From Macrostomum lignano (taxonomy: Eukaryota): 64,000 nt of DNA. Position 1 is the first letter of the stretch; every line of letters begins with the position of its first letter. The position numbers were made by a program, and so were the translations under genes. The stretch spans positions 186,001 through 250,000 of the forward strand of contig NIVC01000099.1 in assembly GCA_002269645.1 (NCBI GenBank), in the 5' to 3' direction. Below the pieces are notes generated by a model. That model was not told where the DNA came from. It searched no databases and worked only from the letters and a program-made list of their open reading frames with translations. Below, piece after piece: positions 1 through 30,295 of the stretch.

Positions 1-1015
1 CTGAACCACATCAACGCCGAGAATTCTGCCCAGTCACTGCGCGAGGAGCTTGAATTCCTTCGTGCTCTGCATGATTCTGTAAGTGAACTGTGTACTTTGT
101 TACCAGACGGCTAGTAGGTTGAATCGGACATATAATTTAAATTTCATTTCTGCAGGAGCTCAAAGAACTTTCAGCCCTGGCCTACCGCGACACAACCTCG
201 GAAAACCGCGAGTTCTGGAAGAACGAAATGGCCCAGGCTCTGCACGAAATCCAGCGCGAATACGATTCTAAGCTGGACGTTGTCCGAAGCGAGATGGAGT
301 CTCAGTACAGCATCAAGGTGCAGGAGGCTCGCACGAGCAACACGCGTGACAACATGGAGCTAACCCACCTCAAGGAGGAGAACCGGCGCATCAAGTCCCA
401 GGTGCGTACGGCGGCGTCGCTCCGTTTAATACAGTAATGCTAAAATGCCCGAGAATCGTACGCTTTTCCTCTGAAATTTTCCATTCGATCAGATCGGAGA
501 CGCTCGCAACCGGATCCCGGAGCTGGAGGCGCGCAACGCACAGCTGGAGCGCGAAATCGAAGATCTGCGCCGCGAGCTGGAGGAGACGATGCGCTCAAGC
601 GAGCTGGAGAAGAACCAGCTGCAGGCCGACCTGTCCAGCTGCAACGCCACCTTGGCTGAGTACCTGCGCGAGCTGCAGACCCTGATGGACGCCAAGCTTA
701 GCTTGGAGCTCGAGATCCACGCCTACAGAAAGCTGCTCGAGGGAGAGGAGATCAGGTAGGGGCCAGAAACTCTGATTAATAACTTTCCGAACAAATTACG
801 AGTATTCAACTGGTCGTCAAAAGTCATCCAGAGTTTTGTCTTGCCAGTAAAAAATCGAGAGGAGATCCCATTCGTCTAATGTGCCAACATGTTATTCAGC
901 CCAATACCCTCAACCGCTGCAGGATCAACCAGACCAGCATCAGCAGCCGCGAGGGATCCTCTTCAAGGACCACCACCGTCATCGAGCAGCAGACCTCCTC
1001 CAGTTCTGAGATGTC

Positions 1016-1046
<31 letters not shown>

Positions 1047-3537
1047 ATTTCTCAGCAGCAAGGTTGGCACATCCATTAATGTGCAAATATTTATGCAGCA
1101 GAAATTGTATTAAATAACTAAAACAAATTGTACATTCGATATCTCCCTACAACTCCCCTTCCAGCTCGTCAGCAGGGTAAGCTCACTTCTCAACCTTACT
1201 CGATACGCCATGGCTCTATTCCTTAAAAACTCAACTGCCCACCCCTCCGATTGTAGTGAGCATCATGAAGGGCTCGATGACCGCCAAGACTTCGGCCCAG
1301 CGCACCTCGAAGGGCAGCATCACCATCCAGGAATGCGATAGCGAGGGCAAGTTCGTAACTCTGGAGTTCACCGGCAAGAAGGTTCGTCTATTGACTAATA
1401 TTCTCTAGGTGTAACTCTGACTTGAAATTTCCCTAAAATAGCACCTCATCTGGTCTCTTACAGAAGGAGGATCTGAGCGACTGGACCCTGGTGCGAAACG
1501 TCGACAACGAGAAGCTCATCGTGAAATACACCTTCCCGAAGGACACCGTCATGGATAGCGGAAACAAGACCATTAAGGTAAACCTACCGGGAAAAGCTTC
1601 ATGAAGCTAGCAAAGGTGGACACAAACTACTAGCAGTAGTCGTGACATGTGAACGTCTCTACTCTGAATTTTCCGCAGATCTGGGCCAAGGGCCAAAGGC
1701 CTGCCGACAGCAAAGATCTGGAGATGAACGACCAGAGCTGGGGCATGGGCTCCCACATCGTCACGCTGCTGTCCAACGCTGATGGAGAGGTAAACTGCGA
1801 AAACTCATGTCGGTCGCAATGCATACCCCTCTCTGCGTCAGTCTCTCCCACAACCTCTCTCTGCGTCAGTCTCTCCCACAACCTCTCTCTGCGTCAGTCT
1901 CTCCCACAACCTCTGCGTCAGTCTCTCCCACAACCTCTGCGTCAGTCTCTCCCACAACCTCTCTCTGCGTCAGTCTCTCCCACAACCTCTCTCTGCGTCA
2001 GTCTCTCCCACAACCTCTCTCTGCGTCAGTCTCTCCCACAACCTCTGCGTCAGTCTCTCCCACAACCTCTGCGTCAGTCTCTCCCACAACCTCTCTCTGC
2101 GTCAGTCTCTCCCACAACCTCTGCGTCAGTCTCTCCCACAACCTCTGCGTCAGTCTCTGTCACAACCTCTCTCTGCGTCAGTCTCTCCCACAACCTCTCT
2201 CTGCGTCAGTCTCTCCCACACTGCCTACCCCTCTCTGCGTCAGTCTCTCCCACAACCTCTCTCTGCGTCAGTCTCTCCCACAACCTCTGCATCAGTCTCT
2301 CCCACAACCTCTCTCTGCGTCAGTCTCTCCCACACTGCCTACCCCTCTCTGCGTCAGTCTCTCCCACAACCTCTCTCTGCGTCAGTCTCTCCCACAACCT
2401 CTCTCTGCGTCAGTCTCTCCCACAACCTCTCTCTGCGTCAGTCTCTGTCACAACCTCTCTCTGCGTCAGTCTCTCCCACAACCTCTCTCTGCGTCAGTCT
2501 CTCCCACAACCTCTCTCTGCGTCAGTCTCTCCCACAACCTCTGCATCAGTCTCTCCCACAACCTCTCTCTGCGTCAGTCTCTCCCACAACCTCTCTCTGC
2601 GTCAGTCTCTCCCACAACCCCTCACTGCGTCAGTCTCTCCCACACTGCCTACCCCTCACTGCGTCAGTCTCTCCCACAACCTCTGCATCAGTCTCTCCCA
2701 CAACCTCTCTCTGCGTCAGTCTCTCCCACACTGCCTACCCCTCTCTGCGTCAGTCTCTCCCACAACCTCTCTCTGCGTCAGTCTCTCCCACAACCTCTCT
2801 CTGCGTCAGTCTCTCCCACAACCTCTGCGTCAGTCTCTCCCACAACCTCTGCGTCAGTCTCTCCCACAACCTCTCTCTGCGTCAGTCTCTCCCACAACCT
2901 CTCTCTGCGTCAGTCTCTCCCACAACCTCTCTCTGCGTCAGTCTCTCCCACAACCTCTGCGTCAGTCTCTCCCACAACCTCTGCGTCAGTCTCTCCCACA
3001 ACCTCTCTCTGCGTCAGTCTCTCCCACAACCTCTCTCTGCGTCAGTCTCTCCCACAACCTCTCTCTGCGTCAGTCTCTCCCACAACCTCTCTCTGCGTCA
3101 GTCTCTCCCACAACCTCTCTCTGCGTCAGTCTCTCCCACAACCTCTCTCTGCGTCAGTCTCTCCCACAACCCCTCACTGCGTCAGTCTCTCCCACACTGC
3201 CTACCCCTCACTGCGTCAGTCTCTCCCACACTGCCTACCCCTCACTGCGTCAGTCTCTCCCACACTGCCTACCCCTCACTGCGTCAGTCTCTCCCACACT
3301 GCCTACCCCTCACTGCGTCAGTCTCTCCCACACTGCCTACCCCTCTCTGCCTCAGTCTCTCCCACACTGCCTACCCCTCACTGCGTCAGTCTCTCCCACA
3401 CTGCCTACCCCTCTCTGCCTCAGTCTAATTTCCAACCCACAATACCTTAAGCATCTCTTTGAACCAAGCCAACCCAACCATCGCTACAACAGGAAAAGGC
3501 CACCCACACCCAGAAGACAACCTACAGCACTGAGTAA
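1..3537 (+). CDS. Cytoplasmic intermediate filament protein, invertebrate type with lamin tail domain; 5' part lies outside the window
   Basis: Exons <1-78, 156-401, 493-755, 923-1062, 1257-1381, 1464-1577, 1679-1789, 3493-3537, all GT-AG with consistent phases. The translation contains coil 2 (RDTTSENREFWKNEMAQALHEIQREYD), the IF rod-end consensus (LMDAKLSLELEIHAYRKLLEGEE) and an LTD (KGSITIQECDSEGKFVTLE...WTLVRNVD...YTFP...IWA...SWGMG), ending EKATHTQKTTYSTE*. No CaaX box, so cytoplasmic IF rather than lamin. AATAAA at 3963-3968. Confidence 0.93.
1826..3426. repeat. Intronic minisatellite, 26/30-nt variants (CTGCGTCAGTCTCTCCCACAACCTCT[CTCT])
   Basis: Directly visible; fills most of the last IF intron and explains ORFs 1649-3619 and 1807-3450. 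Confidence 0.95.
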
Positions 3538-5387
3538 GCCAGCGGTTGAAGAAAGAAGAATGACGTCGTTGAAGCGCGCTGTGATTGAAAACTTAAAGTT
3601 AAATTTAGTAAAAGACTAACAGGAGCGGAAGCACTGGAATTTGACTGGCAGATCGCTACCCCCTATTTCCATTAAATCAATTTCTTAGGTACTAAAAATT
3701 CAAAGCAGTTTTCAATAATACTCGTACCTTCAGTTAATTTACATTTACAGTATGTCTACTCGTATCAGCCATTATAACAGTAGTGCTACACGTGTTTTAT
3801 ATCACTTTTTAGTCTAATCCCAAAAGCGCTGAACATGATAAGTCTATAAAGTCAGCGAGACACTCTGTGACCCCTCCTCAGCATCTACTATTTAGCCCTA
3901 TTAACATTAGGTAATACAATTTATCTATAACCAAATTTAAAGAAAACATTAAATACTTTTAAAATAAACTTCATCGCGTTCCATTTCATTATTACACAAC
4001 TACTTACTGGAGTTGCTGTCTTCATATTTTTGTTTTCTTTAATTTTAAAGATGGCTCTAATGTCGATATTCGACTACTAACTTACTAAGTCGTTGGGGAG
4101 TAGAATAGAGGCGTGTGGTAAATTTTGATAGAAAATTTTCAGTTTATTTATAAAGCTTTCTTAATTATATAAAATCAAAGAACCACCTCTACTGCCTGCT
4201 TACTCGAAAGTAGTATACATTGAATATAATAATAATGCGAGCGTGACTAATCTGATTCAGAGGGATTGTGGCTCTGTGATTAGCAGGCGAATGTCCGCAA
4301 CAGTCACTCGCCATCCAGTTCCAACCCAAGTGGGTTTTTAATTTCAACTATCAGAAAACCTCTTTGATCTGCTGTCCCGCTTCTCGATTGCTAAATAGTT
4401 TCAAAAATAGAATTTTAAAGGCCGATGGAGTCAGCTGGGCAAACTGCGGGGACAGTCGGAGTGCTGTCAGAGATCTGGGGGTGCTGGGTGGGCAGCAGCG
4501 AGCACCCGCTGCCAGCCACCCAGCTCACTCCTCAGCAGAGCCTGCCCGTGGGTCTGGTGTACGCAGTCACTCTTCTCCGTCTCTCGCTTTTAATTCGGGA
4601 GAGACAGAGAAGCTGAAATCAAAATAATGGATGGAGAGCGCGCAGGCAAGCGGGTTGGAGGCGGTGGGGTGGCCGACCTGTGCCCAGCAATGCAGCAGCA
4701 GCAGCAGCAGCGGTCTCAAAGACTGACCTGCTGCTCAGTTTAGCTCATTTGAGTAGAGAAACAGGCACGAAAGCTCGGCAATGGCAGGCTTGGAGTAGCC
4801 AAATCTGCAGACCAGAGAGAGACGCAAGGGACTCTGAAAGGTGAGCTGTTGTTTTTTTTAGAATTCATTCGCCATCTGATTAGTAGGGAGATCTATCTCA
4901 GAGAAATTTTGGGAAAATAAACTATTTGATCAGATTATTGTCTACTTAGGCTCTAAAAGTGGAGATTTATTGTCAACTTACTGCGGCGAAATCTCACAGG
5001 ATCACACGGGATTTCTCAGAATTTTGCCATTCTCAAATGTCAGTCTGAGGAGGTCTGCAATGAGTCTGCTTTAAACATGTTCCCTGAGACTGCCCAGGAT
5101 CCAGAGCTGTGATCGCCTTGAGTAGCTTTACAGTTGACATTCAATCAAAATTTTATTCTCTAAACTCAGTAAAAGTCCTTGGACGTCTTTGGGTTTCTAA
5201 TCGATTGGTCCCTGCCAGTTTTCCACTGCAGTCGGTTCTGTCTAGAGCTGAACCTGGGGGTCCATTCAGGTTCTTATTATAACACCCCTTAGATCTACCT
5301 CTGTTGCTGTAAAGCTGAAGGCTGCTTGGGTAGTTTGCGTTGGCTTACAAGTACTCTCTGACATTCGGATGCTCACAAGTACTCTCG

Positions 5388-5661
5388 GACATGCGGATAC
5401 TGTCGCACTGACATGCGGATATTGTTGCACTGACATGCGGATATTGTTGCACTGACATGCGGATATTGTTGCACTGACATGCGGATACTGTCGCACTGAC
5501 ATGCGGATATTGTTGCACTGACATGCGGATATTGTTGCACTGACATGCGGATACTGTCGCACTGACATGCGGATACTGTCGCACTGACATGCGGATACTG
5601 TCGCACTGACATGCGGATACTGTCGCACTGACATGCGGATACTGTTGCACTGACATGCGGA
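5388..5661. repeat. 22-nt minisatellite GCACTGACATGCGGATA(C/T)TGT(C/T)
   Basis: About 12 tandem copies. Confidence 0.92.
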
Positions 5662-6877
5662 CGCCTACACCCTGTGTGCCTCTGCAATCTGCAGCCCTGC
5701 AGCCAATGGTCAGCGCTGTCGCCCCTGATTGGCCCTCCCGCCCACTCTGCAGTGCACGTCCTGCACGGCCTTGGGCTGCAGCGGTCCCGGCTGCCCGCGC
5801 ACAGACCGGGGCAGTCAATTGGATTTGGCCGGGGCTCGCTTGGACTTTCAGCAGGAGAAAGAGGAGAGGCCGGACTGGGCGGCGGGGAGAGAGAGAGTCA
5901 AACGGTCGCTGATTCCCGCACGTCCTTCATAAGCGCAATGCTTGAAACTTAGGCGCTGGCCGAAGCCCCCGGAGACAATCCCGAATTCAAACATTTTCCG
6001 TCGCATTCTCTTCCTTGCCTTGTCAGCGAAGCTTGGCGTCACCGCCCCGGGTGTCGCTTTCACGCCCGGCGGTTTAGAAACTCTCAGCCACTACCGACAA
6101 GGGCCTGAAGCAGGCGACGGACCCGATTCTCCCCCCCCCCACACTCTTGGCTCTCTCCTTCAAATTATTCCTATCCCGCTTTCTTTTGTAAGTCCTCTCC
6201 CAGCTGACCACTCAGTCAAGAGAAGAACTTGCCTAGTTAGGCCAAAGATTACAGTTAAACGTCCTTCAGAGCGCCAGCAGCAGCGACAGCAAGCCAGTTA
6301 TTGTGCTGCTAAGCGCGCTTCTGTGCCTCAACCTGGACGGATAGCCGAGGCAACAACTCAAGAAGTCAGGGAGGGTGTGGCAAGATTCCAAGAACGGATC
6401 GGTCCTCCCGGATCCAGGCCGCACCTTGCGCTTCTGACAACCGCTGAAACGTCAGAGGCTCTCCAGGATCCTTGAAGAATTCGGTCCGAGGAAAGTCAAC
6501 TTCATGCCGCCAAGGAAGGTGTAAACCCGCAGGCAGGTAAGACGTGGCATCATTTTCTAGTGGGTCCGGGAAATAAAAAATTGCGCGCTGAAAGAAATCG
6601 AAAGTGACGAGAGGCCCGACTTGCGACTGGCGACCCGGCGAAAGGCAGCTGCAAGAAATTCAGCCAATGTACTTTTTTATAACCCGGGCCTGCGACCTTG
6701 CACTGCGCACGCCTGCGCATTCCTTTATATCTTCGAGCCCCCGCCTTCGAACTGCCCTCTCTCCTCTCCCCCCACTTGATGAATGCGCCAATTTCTTACA
6801 GGTGAAAGGCAAAGAACTGTCCAGCTGCAAAGCTTTCCACGGAAAAGTGGTTTGGCTTAGGCTGAGAGTGCCTGGAT

Positions 6878-7308
<431 letters not shown>

Positions 7309-7673
7309 AATGCTAACAAACCCGTGGGAATTCGGGGCCCGTACAATAAGCCAGAAGACAATGGTCTGCACACCTTCACTTCCAATTGAGTGCCCATGGG
7401 GCAAACTCTGCCTGAAGTCTCTATCTAGGGATTATTCTTCCCACCGGTACTAAAGCCAAAATTTTTACATCCCGGTGTTTGCGTTTCCAGCAGCAGCAGA
7501 TGCCCGCATGTTTGCCCAGCCATCAATAACTTTCGCTGCCTGCAGGAGGGCCGAGCAGGCAGCTGGGTGGCCAGCGAACATCGGGCAAATTGGTGAAAAG
7601 TCCAACTTTTTTTAAACAAAAGCGAGCTCACAAAGCTGTATGGTGCTGGATTAGTCAGGATTCTGTGTTAGAG

Positions 7674-8787
7674 GAGAGCTGGAGTGTGTCAGACACAAAT
7701 CTGCAGTGTCAGATGAGAGCTGGAGTGTGTCAGACACAAGTCTGCAGTGTCAGATGAGAGCTGGAGTGTGTCAGACACAAATCTGCAGTGTCAGATGAGA
7801 GCTGGAGTGTGTCAGACACAAATCTGCAGTGTCAGATGAGAGCTGGAGTGTGTCAGACACAAGTCTGCAGTGTCAGATGAGAGCTGGAGTGTGTCAGACA
7901 CAAGTCTGCAGTGTCAGATGAGAGCTGGAGTGTGTCAGACACAAGTCTGCAGTGTCAGATGAGAGCTGGAGTGTGTCAGACACAAGTCTGCAGTGTCAGA
8001 TGAGAGCTGGAGTGTGTCAGACACAAATCTGCAGTGTCAGATTAGAGCTGGAGTGTGTCAGACACAAGTCTGCAGTGTCAGATGAGAGCTGGAGTGTGTC
8101 AGACACAAATCTGCAGTGTCAGATGAGAGCTGGAGTGTGTCAGACACAAGTCTGCAGTGTCAGATGAGAGCTGGAGTGTGTCAGACACAAGTCTGCAGTG
8201 TCAGATGAGAGCTGGAGTGTGTCAGACACAAGTCTGCAGTGTCAGATGAGAGCTGGAGTGTGTCAGACACAAATCTGCAGTGTCAGATGAGAGCTGGAGT
8301 GTGTCAGACACAAGTCTGCAGTGTCAGATGAGAGCTGGAGTGTGTCAGACACAAGTCTGCAGTGTCAGATGAGAGCTGGAGTGTGTCAGACACCAATCTG
8401 CAGTGTCAGATGAGAGCTGGAGTGTGTCAGACACAAGTCTGCAGTGTCAGATGAGAGCTGGAGTGTGTCAGACACAAAAGTGCGAGTCAGATGAGAGCTG
8501 GAGTGTGTCAGACACAAATGTGCAGTGTCAGATGAGAGCTGGAGTGTGTCAGACACAAATGTGCAGTGTCAGATGAGAGCTGGAGTGTGTCAGACACAAA
8601 TGTGCAGTGTCAGGTGAGAGCTGGAGTGTGTCAGACACAAATATGCAGTGTCAGATGAGAGCTGGAGTGTGTCAGACACAAATCTGCAGTGTCAGATGAG
8701 AGCTGGAGTGTGTCAGACACAAGTCTGCAGTGTCAGATGAGAGCTGCAGTGTGTCAGACACAAAAGTGCGAGTCAGATGAGAGCTGG
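7674..8787. repeat. 41-nt minisatellite GAGAGCTGGAGTGTGTCAGACACAAGTCTGCAGTGTCAGAT
   Basis: About 27 copies; each unit contains the inverted repeat TGTGTC-A-GACACA. Confidence 0.95.
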
Positions 8788-9269
8788 ATCATGACAGCAG
8801 TTCTAAATAATATTTAAGCAGATATGGTTTTCCCAACAAGCGCTAATCGCGCCTTCTCACACGATTTCAACTGGAAAGCGTTGGGAGAATTTTTCAATTT
8901 TTTATTTCACTCCCAACAACTGCATGGCGAACGGTTCTGAAGGGAGGTGCAGGCTACCGAAATTCTGCATTTTCAGCCAGCCAGTGTCAAGTTTCTGCAG
9001 TTTCCGGGTGAGAAATCTGGCGATTCCGCTGGCCCTGTTGAGCTTTCCCCCCTCCCCCCCCCGACAGCCCAACACTGACTGGCGCGTCAGTTGCCATGAC
9101 AGCAGTTGCCATGACACCTGAGTCGTGGGGTGACCCCTAGTGCCGGCGAGGGAGTTTTGGAGGCTGAGAAATTTTCTAAAGCATTTTTAAAGTTATTGTG
9201 GATGGGTGCGCGCGAAGTTGGTCGGATATCAATTCTTTTTTATCTTTGCTTTGTTGTTGCTGTTTTTTG

Positions 9270-9890
9270 TAGTGTCTGCCTTAGTGTCTGCCTTAGTGTC
9301 TGCCTTAGTGTCTGCCTTAGTGTCTGCCGTAGTGTCTGCCTTAGTGTCTGCCTTAGTGTCTGCCTTAGTGTCTGCCTTAGTGTCTGCCTTAGTGTCTGCC
9401 GTAGTGTCTGCCTTAGTGTCTGCCTTAGTGTCTGCCTTAGTGTCTGCTTTAGCGTCTGCCTTAGTGTCTGTCTTAGTGTCTGCCTGAGTGTTTGTCTTAG
9501 TGTCTGTCTTAGTGTCTTCCTTTGTGTTTGTCTTAGTGTCTGCCTTAGTGTCTGCCTTAGTGTCTGCCTTAATGTTTGCCTTAGTGTCTGACTTAGTATC
9601 TGCCTTGGTGTCTGTCTTAGTGTCTTCCTTTGTGTTTGTCTTAGTGTCTGCCTTAGTGTCTGCCGTAGTGTTTGTCATAGTGTCTGCCGTAGTGTCTGCC
9701 TTAGTGTCTGCCTTAGTGTCTGCCTTAGTGTCTGCCTTAGTGTCTTCCTTAGTGTCTGCCTTTGTGTCTGTCTTAGTGTCTGCCTTTGTGTTTGTCTTAG
9801 TGTCTGCCGTAGTGTCTGTCTTAGTGTCTGCCTTGTCTGTCTTAGTGTCTGCCTTAGTGTCTGCCTTAGTGTCTGCCGTAGTGTCTGCCT
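9270..9890. repeat. 12-nt minisatellite TAGTGTCTGCCT
   Basis: About 50 copies, degenerating in the 3' half; related units occur at 42030-42560. Confidence 0.93.
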
Positions 9891-9996
9891 GTTTTTCTTA
9901 TTGTCTGTCTGCCGCAATCCCGCTATTCTCCCTATACATTTCAATTAAAAAGCGCTTCATCACTTTCAGTCACTGAGTTGCGCCACTGGCTGGCAA

Positions 9997-10043
<47 letters not shown>
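9997..10043. repeat. (CAG)n tract just upstream of the CUB-gene ATG
   Basis: About 15 CAG units with one TAG interruption. Confidence 0.9.
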
Positions 10044-10045
<2 letters not shown>

Positions 10046-10080
10046 GGGCAGCAGCAGAGCTCGGGCCGCCGCAGGGGGGA

Positions 10081-27881
<17,801 letters not shown>

Positions 27882-28215
27882 AAGAATACGAGTAGAGAGG
27901 CCTCAGAATTACCTGCTCAATGATGATGTTTTCTATTTTTCTGTTAAATACCCCTGCCGCTACCACAAACCCCTGCGCTGACTCTTTGATTGCAGAAAGC
28001 TGTGCGAATTTTCGTGCACATCATTTTATGCCGTACATTTTACAGCAAGGGCTGTAGGGAAGAGCTGTTTGGGGAGCGATTCAAACACTGCAGGGCTTAG
28101 GAATCCGCCTAGAGAAAAGTACCAGTACGGACTAATGTACATACAAAATGCCGAGCAGCTTCTGATAGCAGAGTGCAGTACACAGTGTACAGTATACCAT
28201 ATAGTTTACATGATT

Positions 28216-28559
28216 GGGGGGCATAGCTCAGTAGTCTAACGCCAGCTCGATTCCAAATGCGGCACATTAATTTGGGGCTAAATTGGAATCTCGGCTTGGG
28301 GTCTGCTTGTGCAATTAACGCACTTGAGGACCAACCCCCAAGGCACAGTGATGTCTACATGCCTAACGATAAATACATGTAAAGTTAGGGCTCCTGGACC
28401 TGGACACGCCTGTGTGAGTGTGTACTTGTGCGTATGACTGTGCACGTGCGCTCAGTGGAGTCGGCGGAATGGGCAGTAATGCCTCTCGCCTGTGGTGTGA
28501 CAATGTCGCTTTAAGTGTGCCAGGAAGCACACAGCCCACTGGCCTGTGTCTAATAAAAA
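28216..28559 (+). mobile_element. tRNA-derived SINE, copy 1 (head partly deleted)
   Basis: GGGGGGCATAGCTCAGTAG (A box), then GCTCGATTCC (B box), a body co-linear with the reverse complement of 53790-54148, and an AATAAAAA tail. Confidence 0.8.
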
Positions 28560-30295
28560 GCGGACACAAACAGCTGTTGCAGTATTGATTACTATTATTG
28601 TTATTACCAGGCTCTACGAGCGAAGCGACAATCATAAACATACTCAATTCTCAATACATTAACTCTGTGGCGTGCCATGCGTCTAATTGAATACCATATT
28701 AAGTTTATGAGCCTCTTTAAAGATGACCCAACAAAAGGTGCGCATTTATGCTCTTGAAGCCCTCGTTGATCATCGTCTGTAGTTAAGCTGAGGCTTGGCC
28801 TTTTTTGTTACATGTAGTAGCAGTTTATTGTTGAATATCTACTCAACAGGCTGATTTTGAGCTTATCAGCATCCACCGATTGTACTCACTAGTTCGCAGT
28901 TACTCTGCCTATACGCAAGCTCGGAGTCCGCCAGGATTCGGCCGATTACTGTTTAAACATCTCAAAGTTTTTGTATTGTAGATTTTACTAGTAAGCTGAT
29001 CCCCTCTTGCTCAAACTGTTGCATCCCAAAGTCTGCACGGAACTTTCTGAACCAATGCATCGCCCGGCATTGCATGCCATATAGTCGTTTCTAGCATATT
29101 ATAAATACACATGTCAATGTTGTTCAGGGCCATCGTGGATCGAGTGAAGCTCTAACATTACGAGATACAGATACTAAACGTCCTAAAATGAGCTTTTTAG
29201 TTACTTGGTTACAGAACTTTTTTGACTTAACGTTATTACATGTATATGTAAAAGTTGGACTTTGACAGTAACATTTTGAATTACAATTCTTTATTGCACG
29301 TACATCGATCTCTAGTTTAGCTAGGAGACAAAAATTTATACTTTAATATACTTCTAGAACCAGAACAAGCAATATGAAAAGGCCTTGTGTCGTATCGGAC
29401 AAGCTTGTGCCGACATAGTGTTGAAGCAGGACGGTTAAACTTCTGAATGAACAGATTTAACCGTTGGCAGATTTACCCACACAATACGAGATTAAAAATC
29501 TTATCTGTAAAAGCAAAGTGTAATACACTGTTAAATTTCGACTTACCAATAATAAAATATATTTCTTCTGTCAAAGTAGGCCTATTCAAGTTCAATTGCA
29601 TTGTAACAAATAAATAATTGAAAAATCTCTATAATTTATATATAAGGACAGATACGTCTAAGGCAAAACCGTAGCCCTAACCATAACCATAATGATCACA
29701 TAATATTAAACCTTAACCTAAACAGAGACATAAAGATATCGGGTATATCGAGTTGACTGAGAAAAGTTTGAAAGCAATGATACCGGGTTTTTAAAAAAAT
29801 TCGTTAAAACAATATTTTGATAGTTTTGTGCTACAAAATTAATTAATTGAATTAACTTTGTTAAAGCTATAAAACTTATAATTATACCAAGACGTTTCTA
29901 TCGCATTAAATAGCTAAAGCTCTTGAATTTTTTCAAATTTATTGTGTTTCTGCTTTGTTGACACGACAATTTGATGGAACAAGAATTAATTTGATGAGAA
30001 TGTTGTTGAACTTATTTACTGATAATGTTAAAGATTTAATCTTCTTATGAATCGATGACTAGGCCTACATGTTCTAAAGACGGCTATTTCAGTGCAAGAA
30101 AAGAGATGATCAGTGCGCATTGGCATTATGCAACGCCTTCAGCGTCTTTCACTGTATTGTTATAGTTTTAGGGAGGGACCTACTCGGACTCCCCTAGTCC
30201 CCTGAGCCTTGGCTAGGCCTAGCCTAAGAAAAAATGTATTTATAATTCATTGCTGTATTATGCCTATCGCAATTGCAATATTTGCCACTTTGGCG

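Noticed and set aside
1649-3619. 656-aa and 547-aa ORFs
   Set aside because: Read-through of the small exon 1679-1789 into the stop-free 26/30-nt intronic repeat; the true gene splices to 3493.
3623-3688. Alternative last IF exon after the AG at 3622 (ERKHWNLTG...)
   Set aside because: The exon at 3493 gives the family-typical EKATHTQKT ending; this one has no family resemblance.
7674-8787. Regular palindromic repeats resembling a CRISPR array (also 50290-52068)
   Set aside because: No unique spacers, eukaryotic context and no cas genes.
28430-28490. GGCGGAATGGG resembles the 3' end of HDV-like ribozymes
   Set aside because: I could not build the nested P1/P2/P3/P1.1 pseudoknot in either SINE copy or in the LINE 3' UTR; a simple stem-loop explains the sequence. 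No hammerhead core was found either.
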